Shown one piece after another: positions 26,408 to 36,466 of a stretch of DNA of 64,000 nt (within the stretch, counting starts at the first letter, position 1; every line of letters starts with the position of its first letter). The position numbers and the translations under genes are program-made. The notes below the pieces were generated by a model. That model was not told the DNA's origin. It did not search any database and saw only the letters and a program-made list of their open reading frames with translations. Source of the DNA: Octopus sinensis (Eukaryota); NCBI RefSeq assembly GCF_006345805.1, contig NC_043007.1:37200001-37264000 (forward strand), in the 5' to 3' direction.

Positions 26408-27866
26408 ATGGGCTTCTTTCAGTTTCCGTCTACCAAATCCAGTCACAAAGCTTTGGGCGGGTCGAGGCTATAGTAGAAGACACTTGCCCAAGGTGCCATG
26501 CAGTGGGACTGAACCCGGAACCATGTGGTTCGTAAGCAAGCTACTTACCACACAGCCACTCCTGTGACTCTTGTGAAATGTAACATTACTTAAAAACAGC
26601 AGGGGGTTGGCAACGAGAATGGCATCTGGCTATACAATATCCGTCTGATTCATATGAGTATTAAAAAGTGAATGTTTCATGTATATATGCATGAGTGTGT
26701 CTGTATGTGTATCTGATTATGCTAGTGCTTCTTCATCATCATCGTTTAGCGTCCGCTTTCCATGCTAGCATGGGTTGGACGGTTCAACTGGGGTCTGGGA
26801 AGCCAGAAGGCTACACCAGGCCCAGTCTGATCTGGCAATGTTTCTACGGCTGGAAGATCTCTTGGCTCTCAGTTATGAGAATGAGAGTTCCAGTTGATCC
26901 AGTCAAGGGAACAACCTGCTCGTGAAATTAACATACCACTCGCTTCTCGAGTGACACTCAGTTGTTTTGTTGTCGGATTCCGACGGATAAATATTTCTGC
27001 TATTAATTACCGGGATTGTTCATTCGGTATGTCTGTGCGGTGATGGGGCTGTTAACACTACTAAAAAAAACGAAACAGAAAGAAAAAGAGATGCGAATTC
27101 TTATGCTGTATCCTTTAATGTATTTATGTTTTATTACGATTATATCTATGTCTAACTGTATATATATATATGTATATTTCCGTGTTATAAATTTCGATTT
27201 TTTTTCATTTTATGGTTATGGATTGCTTCATATTGCCTTCCATCCTATCCATGTTTGATAAAACGAGTAACCAGTAATATTAAAATAATTTCATTATTAT
27301 TTCATTATTATATAGCTGAGCACTCCACAGACACATATAACCTTACTGTAGTCCTCAGTAGCCCTATAAAATACAGGTACAGCTGAGTGGGCTGGAGCAA
27401 CGTGAAATAAAGTCGCCAGAATTGAACTCATGACCTTACGATTGTGAACCAGATACCCTAACTACTAAGCCATGTGCCTTCACTCTGTGTATGCACATAT
27501 ATATTTACTTAATTGCTGACATTTCTTTTGGTTTCTCCCATTGTTTTGATGTGAGATTTTCTTTCATTAACCTTTTAGTATTCAAACCAGCAATATCCAG
27601 CCCAAATATTCTATCTGATTTATGTTCAAACTGGCCAGATCAGGTTTCTCACACCTACCCGGCAATGCCATTCCAAAAAAAAAAAAAAATTTATGAACCA
27701 TCACATCATTGAAATCTCAAAACTGTAAGATAATGTATGATAAATTCAAAACAATGTGACTAAATAATTGTTACATTTGAATGCTAAAGGGTTAATAAAC
27801 TGCAGGCATTTTTGACAGCACGGGCATGTTGGTGTGGTGGTGGTGGTGGTGGTGGTGGTGGTGATG

Positions 27867-27916
<50 letters not shown>

Positions 27917-28239
27917 GGTGGTGGTGGTTTTAATGTTTTCTTACTTTTGACTGTGTGGGCTCAAAACATGGAGGACAGATTGCAAAATAAATGAAATAAC
28001 ACAGCGGATATTAATATATAAATCGTGTTAAAAAACGAAAATAAGAAAAGTGTAGTTATAGTATTATAATTTTATGATCGTGGTAATAATAATGTGTGGG
28101 CATGTAAGTGAAATATGTTAATATCTGATGAAAATTTTAATCTAAAATGTTACCTGTTAAATAAAACAGGAATGATGTTTTCAATTCAAAACTTCAAGAA
28201 TAAACATACATAGTGCGCGCGTGCGACAATGAGTGAGAT

Positions 28240-28276
<37 letters not shown>

Positions 28277-28757
28277 CAGACAGAGAGAAAGTAAGAAAGA
28301 GAGTGAGAGAGAAAGAAAGAGTGAATGAAAGAGAGGCAGATACACAGACAGACGACAGCGATGAAGGAAAATGTCAAAGTAAGCAGATGTAATGAATGGT
28401 TACATAATTTTTGTTTAGCATTAGCATAAATATACAAGCATGGACAGTAAAAAGACAACGTTACCTTTGGAAATAATGCAACAGAAAAAGGCATACAAGG
28501 ATTCTGTTGGGCCATTCTTTCAACTGGGGTGAGTCGGCGAATAGAAAGAGACACGCGGGGAGCCAGAGGCAAGGCGATTCTTGTACAACCCAAGCAACCT
28601 TGCAATTAATTAAGTAACCCCAAACGCGAGAAGAATAGCGACCATAGGGTGCCGGAATTAGGAAGAGCACTACGAATGTTATCACTGCCCAAATGTGAAA
28701 GAATATACTAATACGTTTCAAAAGTTCTCTGTCGTCGCCAAGTAAAGTTTCCAACAT
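2590..28757 (-). CDS. SRD5A1: Steroid 5-alpha-reductase (3-oxo-5-alpha-steroid 4-dehydrogenase), complete 5-exon gene, 259 aa
   Basis: Manually spliced exons of 293+167+102+151+67 = 780 nt, all GT-AG and in phase. Translation: MLETLLGDD...PAPYGRY...QESP...[18 protein letters not shown]...[15 protein letters not shown]...[25 protein letters not shown]...[29 protein letters not shown]. These are hallmark SRD5A1/2 motifs. An invertebrate copy is probably co-orthologous to vertebrate SRD5A1 and SRD5A2. Confidence 0.96.
3170..3600 (+). repeat. Interspersed repeat family E (second copy at about 15750..16210)
   Basis: More than 400 bp of shared sequence (ctcaaaaggtccctgaataagg...gtggtattgagcagaatatttg...gcccatcttttat). 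Class not determined. Confidence 0.7.
3650..3937 (-). mobile_element. tRNA-derived SINE family D
   Basis: Head gaggcgcaatggcccagtggttagggcagc...gtttcgattccc with pol III A/B boxes. Copies at 10405-10640(-), 13255-13552(-), 23694-23920(+, 3' half) and 35725-35915(+). Confidence 0.8.
4097..4324. mobile_element. piggyBac-type MITE family 1
   Basis: CCCTTT...AAAGGG termini at (T)TAA sites. Copies at about 16897-17120 and 49097-49318. Confidence 0.7.
6380..7157 (+). repeat. Direct tandem duplication (period about 387 bp) of a tRNA-derived CORE-like SINE (family B) plus microsatellite
   Basis: gtgaaggcgcatggctcaatgg starts at 6402 and at 6789, and the two units are near-identical. The central gtgttcttgagcaagacacttt...cagctgtagaaatgag resembles the CORE domain. 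Another copy is at about 25490-25950(-). Confidence 0.9.
7160..8032 (-). mobile_element. Tc1/mariner DD41D (rosa-type) non-autonomous foldback derivative
   Basis: TA|CAGGGTGTCCCAAAAG...CTTTTGGGACACCCTG|TA termini. Transposase remnant WFKQDG...[16 protein letters not shown] (7302..7694) has 41 residues between the second and third catalytic Asp. Confidence 0.9.
8950..10950 (+). mobile_element. RTE-clade LINE remnant (RT to C-terminus), interrupted by a MITE and a SINE
   Basis: [55 protein letters not shown] and [12 protein letters not shown], with multiple stops. Confidence 0.85.
13942..13987 (-). ncRNA. Minimal type-I hammerhead ribozyme motif (Penelope-like terminal repeat), sense to SRD5A1 intron 4
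   Basis: GACAC-CTGAAGA-A-GGCTG[GAGGGTATAT]CAGCC-GAAAC-ATT-GTGTT. Helices I and II pair; the helix III palindrome is broken (AACATT). Confidence 0.7.
14085..14170 (-). mobile_element. Short tRNA-derived SINE head
   Basis: ggcgtagtggttaagagcgtgggctactaacccc...gagttcgattcc followed by an (AAT)n tail. No complete cloverleaf. Confidence 0.6.
14312..14357 (+). ncRNA. Minimal type-I hammerhead ribozyme motif, same family, opposite strand
   Basis: GACAT-CTGAAGA-A-AGCTG[GAGGGTATAT]CAGCC-GAAAC-GTT-GTGTT. Palindromic AACGTT helix III; A.C mismatch at the first helix II pair. Confidence 0.72.
14932..15082 (-). CDS. SRD5A1: SRD5A1 exon 4 (151 nt)
   Basis: Acceptor atatttccag|GT. Encodes [27 protein letters not shown]...IPRSYTHH. 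Donor CACAA|GTAAGT. Confidence 0.96.
15536..15697 (-). mobile_element. 3' end of an RLE-type (R4/Dong/CRE-like) non-LTR retrotransposon
   Basis: [13 protein letters not shown]...[22 protein letters not shown] is a typical post-RLE C-terminus. Confidence 0.7.
17365..17885. mobile_element. piggyBac-like non-autonomous element
   Basis: TTAA|CCCCTTGAC...GTCAAGGGG|TTAT termini with a CpG-rich interior. Confidence 0.7.
18160..18261 (-). CDS. SRD5A1: SRD5A1 exon 3 (102 nt), missed by the ORF track
   Basis: Acceptor aatctatag|GC. Encodes [35 protein letters not shown]. Donor CAAG|GTTAGT. Confidence 0.96.
20199..20835 (+). mobile_element. tRNA-derived SINE family A, interrupted by a family C SINE
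   Basis: Head ggcgtaggagtggctgtgtggtaag...gggttcagtccc, central (TA/TG)n, tail cagtcaaatgactgaaacaagtaaaagag. Copies at about 5217-5525(-), 22812-23148(+), 26155-26563(-), 35205-35392(+), 43108-43495(+), 49851-50318(+) and 53225-53631(-). Confidence 0.9.
20351..20580 (+). mobile_element. tRNA-derived SINE family C, young insertion with 12-bp TSD
   Basis: Flanked by the direct repeat GGAAACTGAAAG (20339-20350 and 20581-20592). Core ctttgcctttcat...gggtcgataaattaagtaccag. Degenerate copies at about 16700-16890, 17127-17360 and 60180-60500. Confidence 0.88.
21267..21433 (-). CDS. SRD5A1: SRD5A1 exon 2 (167 nt)
   Basis: Acceptor tttttaattgcag|G. Encodes [19 protein letters not shown]...FNSYIQ...FQFIT. 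Donor ACAG|GTTTGT. Confidence 0.95.
23594..23693. other. Assembly gap (100 N) in SRD5A1 intron 1
   Basis: Run of exactly 100 N, a placeholder length. Confidence 0.99.
28465..28757 (-). CDS. SRD5A1: SRD5A1 exon 1 (coding part, 293 nt)
   Basis: ATG at 28757 (context acaaaATG). Encodes PYGRY, QESP and HYFQR. Donor AG|GTAACG at 28465/28464, phase 2. Confidence 0.96.
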
Positions 28758-29436
28758 TTTGTCTTCTCTTCGGATTTACTATCGACGATTGAGGTTGGTG
28801 TTGATTCCTGCGGATCGTGACACAACTTCTGGCTTGGCAATACTTTGCGTGTGCACGTTAAATAGGCGTGTTGTTTTGTGAGGTAATTAGGCTTGTTTCT
28901 AAAGGTTTCGATTTCACATCCTGTATAAAAGAATATAAACATATACCAGAATTATTAAAGAAAAAAACAAAAACAAAAAGCAATAAGAAACGAAATGTGT
29001 TTTTATTATTACTTACATGAGAATCATAGTTATCTTTCTCTTTTTTACTAAACAAGCATGTTTACTTCGCTTTTATTTACATCTCATAAGTGCAAATAGT
29101 TTATAATTACTCTCCCTAGACACAAAAAGAAGTTTTACGATGTCGAAAAGAAATAAAGTATGTTCTATCACATTTATATTGTCAACATATGTAAACAGAA
29201 AAAAATATTAGTTACATTTTTAAAATTAGGGTTTAATAGATAATACTATTCGGAATACAAAACGATATCCAGGTATTTGTCGGGTGGTAAGTTAACACTA
29301 TTGTTTGCGTGTTGTAGGTTTTCCGGATCTACGGCAGAGGTTTAGGAAGCGGGTAGCAGACATATAATGAATATTTTAGAATAACACCTCTCTCTCTCTA
29401 CTACATATATATGTGGGTGCGCGCGCGTGTATACAT

Positions 29437-29474
<38 letters not shown>

Positions 29475-30094
29475 ATATATATATTTTTTTTTTTTGATTT
29501 GAAAACCCCACTAGAATGGGAGAAAGCGCTAATGATCTGAATGATATGATATATATGTAAAAAATGTAATATATAAATAAATATCTGTAAATATGAACCA
29601 TCCGATCTTCTGATTACCTCATTTCTTCTAATATATATATATATATATATTCGTACTGACTTTCATGGGAAACATGTATTTTTGTGGTTGAAACCTTTTG
29701 GATTAACTGGTGCTAGAGTGAGCCATATAGTGACCACTCTCTTATATTTATTTTGTAAAAATATTATAATATATTATAAAATATTATAATAGTCCAGGTT
29801 TCTCGGAGCACTAGGCCACTTGGTGTTGAATAGATATACTATTAAATTAGTATCTAATTCTCTCACCCTTATTAATTAATTATATATATATATATATATA
29901 TTATATAAAAGGGCTTAGTAAAATAAATTACTTTGCCGCATACTTTGCCGCATTATTTTACTAAGCCCTTTTATATAATGTAATAATTTGAATTCGCCTT
30001 AAATGGTCCCTTTGCATACTGAATACTTGGTGAAATTGATTAATTAATTAATTTTACCCTCAATTGTTGAAATTATATATATATATATATATAT

Positions 30095-30128
<34 letters not shown>

Positions 30129-30424
30129 CGATAGATAGATAAACAACAATATATATATATACACACACACACACAGTTACATTGCTATAGGACAACGATG
30201 CCAAAATTTCTTTCGCAAAACCTAAAATCACCTAATTCTTTGCCTTTTCCCTTCTCTGTTCTGCAGTTATAGCGATTCTGAAAGTCCGATTCCGCCTCAC
30301 AAGTGTTTATAGTTTAACTGTTTATTTACTAATTCGCAAGTAAATAAATAAATAAATAAAATTGGCTTTCGATACATGAAGTAGATGTATGTTATTGCCA
30401 TTAACACTAATAACATGAATACCT

Positions 30425-30455
<31 letters not shown>

Positions 30456-30537
30456 GTCCCGGGTTGATTCGGGGTTAACCACAGTAAATAAGGTACTCAA
30501 TACATAGTAGAGTAAACTTAATTTATTATATAGAAGG

Positions 30538-30588
30538 AGCTTCTACAGGACTAGAACTGTTTCATTCAAGAGAAATCTTCAGGAAGCT
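30538..30588 (-). ncRNA. Type-I hammerhead ribozyme motif, near-canonical
   Basis: AGCTTC-CTGAAGA-T.TTC[TCTT]GAA.T-GAA-ACAG[TTCTAGTC]CTGT-A-GAAGCT. Perfect 6-bp helix I, 4-bp helix III, GUA cleavage triplet, weak helix II. Confidence 0.75.
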
Positions 30589-30819
30589 AGTTAACAAGAA
30601 TTGTATTGGCATTTATACATTTAGGCATTTGGTGGGGGACTTTTTGGGGGTAGGCATAGCGCAAAATATCATACTTGGGGGAGTGGTCAAGGAGTCAGTG
30701 TTAAATTAGATAGAAGAATAAATAAAAAAATAAAAAAATATATAAAAAAATATAAAAATATATATAAAAAAAGGGAATAGAGTTTTAGGTAAATAAGGAG
30801 ATTCTCACTTATACCTATG

Positions 30820-31157
30820 CACATATGTATACATATATACACACATACAAACATATATACATATACATACACACATACGTACACCACACATATATATATA
30901 TACACTTACACATACATATACATATCTACACATACACATATATATGTACATACACACACTCACATGCATACACGTATACACACATGTATATATACACACA
31001 CGACCACACATACATATACACCAGAAAAATATATATACACATACACACACATACTCACATACACGCATACACACACATATCCACACACACATATGCACAC
31101 ACAGCACACTAGTCCCTATATACACATATATACACATATACACACACATACATATAG

Positions 31158-31213
<56 letters not shown>

Positions 31214-31923
31214 CATATGTGTATCTATGCATACCTACACACATATATATACACATACAAATACAGACCCATTCCCTAATTTTAATTTTATTATCTTCAT
31301 TTATTACTTTGTTATCTTTGATCGCTGGTCACAAACATCTTGGCTATGACAGCCAGTCCATTTATCTGTCTACTGGAAAACAAGCACTCATTTACTCACG
31401 CACACTCTTTAGCACGTACACTCACTCATTCGCACACTCTACATACACGCACGCACGCGTTATATTCATACATACATACATCTACATACATTCACGTATA
31501 TACACATACGTACGCGTACCTACAGATTCATGTCTACACTCTTAGAAGGCTAGTCTATACATACACCAATAAATATAAATACACACACATACATATACAC
31601 CTACATACAAATACATACATGTATATATATATATACATATACATACATATCCACATATATATACATACATATATATATACATATATATAATATATATATA
31701 TACATATACATACATATACACATATACATATATATATATATACATATACACACACATACACATACATACATATACACACATACACATACATACGTATACA
31801 TACATCCATACATTTATACACATACACACACCCACACGTATACATATACGTACATATATATACGCGCATGCATACACATACAAATACATACACATACGCA
31901 TATACATATACATACATACACAT

Positions 31924-31998
<75 letters not shown>

Positions 31999-32368
31999 CA
32001 CATATACATATACATACATACATATACAAATATACGCACACACATACATACATACTCATATACACATACACGCACATGTACATGCGTACCCATACACACA
32101 ACACACACACGCGCATCCATATATACACATAAGTACACACATGCGTAAAAGTATACATATATCTATGCTTACACATACACACACACACACGTGCCTCCTT
32201 ATATTCATACTTACATGCATACTCAAAAAATAAGTAATAGTAAAATATATATACGCGCAGTTATTCATACATGCATACTCAAAAAATAAATAATAAATAT
32301 TAAGTATATGTACGTGCAGTTACCTATTATATAGACGGATACATGCATATAACTTACACACACATATA

Positions 32369-32427
<59 letters not shown>

Positions 32428-32649
32428 CATATATACACACATATATATACATATACATATATACATATATATATAACACACATATACACATATATATATA
32501 TACATACTTACACACATGTACAAATACATACACACATAAATAACTCTACGTACCTACATATACATAAACACACGAGCGTACACGTATATGTACATATACA
32601 TATACACATACACACGCATATATATACATACATACATACACATACACAC

Positions 32650-32736
<87 letters not shown>

Positions 32737-33170
32737 TATACATGTGTGCAAACATACATACTCATACACGCACACACACTTACATATACATATATACACA
32801 CACATATATACATACACATATACATACATACATATATGCATACATACACACACACATATATATATATATACATACATACACATACACATACCTATACATA
32901 TATATACACACATATATACACATGCACATACTTATATCTCTACATACTCGCATATACATATATATACATATATATATATACACACACACACATACATATA
33001 CCTATATACATGTATATATACACACACATATATATACGCATCTACAGTTTGTATCTACACTCACATACATGCACATACACATAACTCTACATACCTACAT
33101 ATACATCGACATACTCGCGTACACTCATATATATACACATATATACATATACACACACACATACATATAC

Positions 33171-33207
<37 letters not shown>

Positions 33208-33236
33208 TACACACATATATACACACATATATATAC

Positions 33237-33267
<31 letters not shown>

Positions 33268-33289
33268 ACACACACACACACACACACAC

Positions 33290-33332
<43 letters not shown>

Positions 33333-33400
33333 TATACATACATACACACATACATACATGTACATATACATATACATACACACATATACACACACATACA
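30820..33400. repeat. About 2.6-kb compound (TA)n/(CA)n/(TACA)n microsatellite field
   Basis: Almost continuous purine-pyrimidine alternation with very few G on the + strand. Source of many spurious YI/HT/CV ORFs. Confidence 0.95.
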
Positions 33401-33947
33401 TATATCAACAATTGAGGGTAAAGTTAATTAGTTATTAATCAATTTCACCAAGTATTCAGTATGTAAAAGGACCATTATTTTTTTGAGTAAATAATGTCTG
33501 AGGGAAAATATTCTCTAAGTAGTGGAAGAGGCTAAAAAACTTTTTTGGCTGCTATTTCTAGAAAGTTCAGTGTGTGGCAAAGTAATTTATTTTACTAAGC
33601 CCTAATTATATAATATTTTATACATACATACACATACATACACACATACATATACACATACATATGCATACACACATATATACACATATACATATATACA
33701 CACACACACACACACACGCACATACATATATATATATATATATATTTTTTTTTTTTTACATACATACACACACACACACACACATAATACATGCGTATAT
33801 TCCTACTATACCCATACATTTCTATACATATATACGATACACATATACAAGCGTGCACATACAATATTTGAAAGGTCTTAGGAGAAAAGGTAATCGGGGG
33901 TGCTAGGGGAACGGTGGGATTGGGGGGGTTTTGTGGGTGGGGTGTCA

Positions 33948-34337
33948 TCAATCTGGTTGCCGGGTAGGTCTATAGTTCTTGTAGTTCGCATACTTCTTAT
34001 GCATGCAATTTGGGGAGTGTTCTGAGATTTTGTTAAGGAGAGGGCCTTTGGCGAACAAGATCTCTAGGCTCTCCGATATGCAGAGGTCACAGCAGGTATG
34101 GCCTCCTGTGTACGAGCGCGCCTTCTGTAGTAGTTTCCACTTGGTCTTGAAGGGGATGGAGTTCCTTTTAAGGTACCAGATGTGGGCGGCGAGGGTAGTT
34201 TGGTTGGATTTATCCTGTCGCCGGAACGAGTGTGTGTGTGCGTACCAACGGGTCTTAAAGCTGTTTGACGTCATTCCGATGTAGGATTTTCTTTTATCGT
34301 CAGAGCCTGATCTTACCTCGCATGTATATACTAGGTC
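33948..34337 (-). mobile_element. Penelope-like element, 5'-truncated GIY-YIG endonuclease coding fragment
   Basis: Open frame DLVYTCEVRSGSDDKRKSYIGMTSNSFKTRWYAHTHSF...HIWYLK...CDLCISE...LLNK...CMH: LVY/YIG motif, R and E catalytic positions, and Cys/His residues typical of PLE endonucleases. Confidence 0.88.
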
Positions 34338-34964
34338 CCTCTGTAGGTACCTCGCATGTATATACTAGGTCCCGATATATATACATATATATATTATATA
34401 TATATACACACACCAAGAGAGAAATAGATTTCAAATCAAATATACGTATTTAGTCAAACTTACTTAGAAGGATATATACTCTCTGGTTCATGCGCACGTT
34501 ACGTGTGTTGTACAAAAATATTATATAACCCCCACACAATCTCATTCTTTATCCGTCTCGCGTGAACATGTATGCATACTAGTAATAAAGTGTGAATTCA
34601 GAGATAACATGACATCATTGGGGCTACATGTAGACTAAAAAGCACATGGCACCCTCGGGTAGCAGGTACCTTGAGCCTGCCTACATACATACATACATAC
34701 ATACACACACACACATACATACATACACACACACACATATACATACATACACACACACATATACATACATACACACACACATACATACATACAAACATAC
34801 ACACACATACATACAACATACACACACATACACACACATACATACATACACATACACACACACACATATACATACATACAAACATACACACACACATACA
34901 TACATACATACATACATACATACATACATACATACATACATACATACATACATACATACATTGG

Positions 34965-35118
34965 GTTACTGGGATATGTAACAAACTGCCTAAATACCAA
35001 TCTTGAGAAATTAGGCATCTCAAAAACAGAAAGGAGAAAGCTGATTCGAAGATTACAGATTCAAGCCATCACTGGAACTGTAAAAATCTGTAAAACTTTC
35101 CAGAAGTTTAGCATTTAA
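34965..35118 (+). mobile_element. 3' end of an RLE-type non-LTR retrotransposon
   Basis: LLGYVTNCLNTNLEKLG...LIRRLQIQAITGTVKICKTFQKF* has C-terminal similarity to R4/CRE-like elements. Confidence 0.55.
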
Positions 35119-36466
35119 GTATATATGAGCATGTTTAGACATGCAACTATATGCATAAGAATACAAAAATAAAACAAAATATACAAATCTACACTCTGTG
35201 TTTGTCCCCCCAACATCGCTTGACAACCGATACTGGTGTGTTTACGTCCCCGTAACTTAGCGGTTCGTCAAAACAAACCGATAGAATTAGAATAAGTGCT
35301 AGCCTTACAAAGAATAAGTCCTGGGGTCGATTTGCTCGACTAAAGGCGGTGCTCCAGCATGGCCACAGTCAAATGACTGAAACAAGTAAAAGAATATGCA
35401 TACATCCAAAAATACCCTATTGATGATGTTGAAATTCCAATGAAGGAGTCTTGGATCTAGGTACGAATAGCAGCGATACTGCGTATATCGAAGTGGGCGT
35501 TTTAATAATCCAACATTATAAGGATTACTACAGAGACGACGAGGATTTAAACAACTCACGAGGAATTAATATAAACTCTACAAGGATTTTAACAACTTTC
35601 GAGGAGTTAACAAACTCATAAAGTTACTGTTGAGTGAATTTTACGAAAAAAAAAAATCGTAAATATTATGGAAAATTTGTTGGCCGGTTTGCTAGAGTTG
35701 CAAAAAACAGCAACAACAACTGAAGTGGAGGTGCAATGGCCCAGTGGTTAGGGCAGCGGACTCGCAGTCGTAAGAACGCGGTTTCGATACCCAGACAGGG
35801 CATTGTGAGTGTTTATTGAGCAAAAACACCTAAGCTCCACGAGTCTTCGGCGGGGGAGGGTGGTGAACCCCGCTGTACTCTTTCACCACGACTTTCTCTC
35901 ACTCTTTCTTCATACTTCTGCCACAAAGCAGAGGAACCATGGTGTAACCCACTATGGTGCGGTAAACTTTCAGACCCTAGTCTAGATTGCGAATCCTCTG
36001 TACCCTAGGTTAAAAAGCCACCGTTTACGGAATGAGGATAACAACATAGCTTTCGCGCCCGTGCAACCGCCAGTCTATCGCGTGTGATGGGTGGATCTTC
36101 AAGTTGCCACACGCATTCTTAGTAGCTTAGAGTAGGCTTGAATTAGAGATTATTCTTTCTGGCTGATGGCGTGAGTCCTGATTGGAAGAAGAAGAAGAAG
36201 ACAACTGAAAGAACAACAGCAACAATTACAGTTACAAATACTGCAATACATGAAGTCGTCTGGAAATTCAGAAAAAAGTGTTCTCGCCAGACTATATCGT
36301 GAACTCCATAACAGAGTTCAAATACGAACCTGATAAAGGAGTTAACTTCGAAACATACTACAGAAAATATGAACAAATCTTCGAGGAAGAATGTAAAAAT
36401 TGGGACGAGATGAAAACGCGCTTAATTTTGAGAAAACTGGCAGCAGCAGACAACCAACGATACAGT

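Noticed and set aside
27812-27994. Poly-Gly/poly-Asp ORF
   Set aside because: A (GGT)n/(GAT)n microsatellite antisense within SRD5A1 intron 1, with no splice or homology support.
28718-28942. Out-of-frame upstream ORF overlapping the SRD5A1 start
   Set aside because: The TSS is unknown and the ATG is probably upstream of it, so a uORF role cannot be supported without 5' end data.
30687-33951. Many long ORFs (up to 275 aa) of YI/HT/CV/MY repeats
   Set aside because: They are translations of (TA)n/(CA)n microsatellites, which lack stops in several frames. The same applies at about 4950-5800, 8600-8950, 24950-25300, 34600-35020 and 40700-41300.
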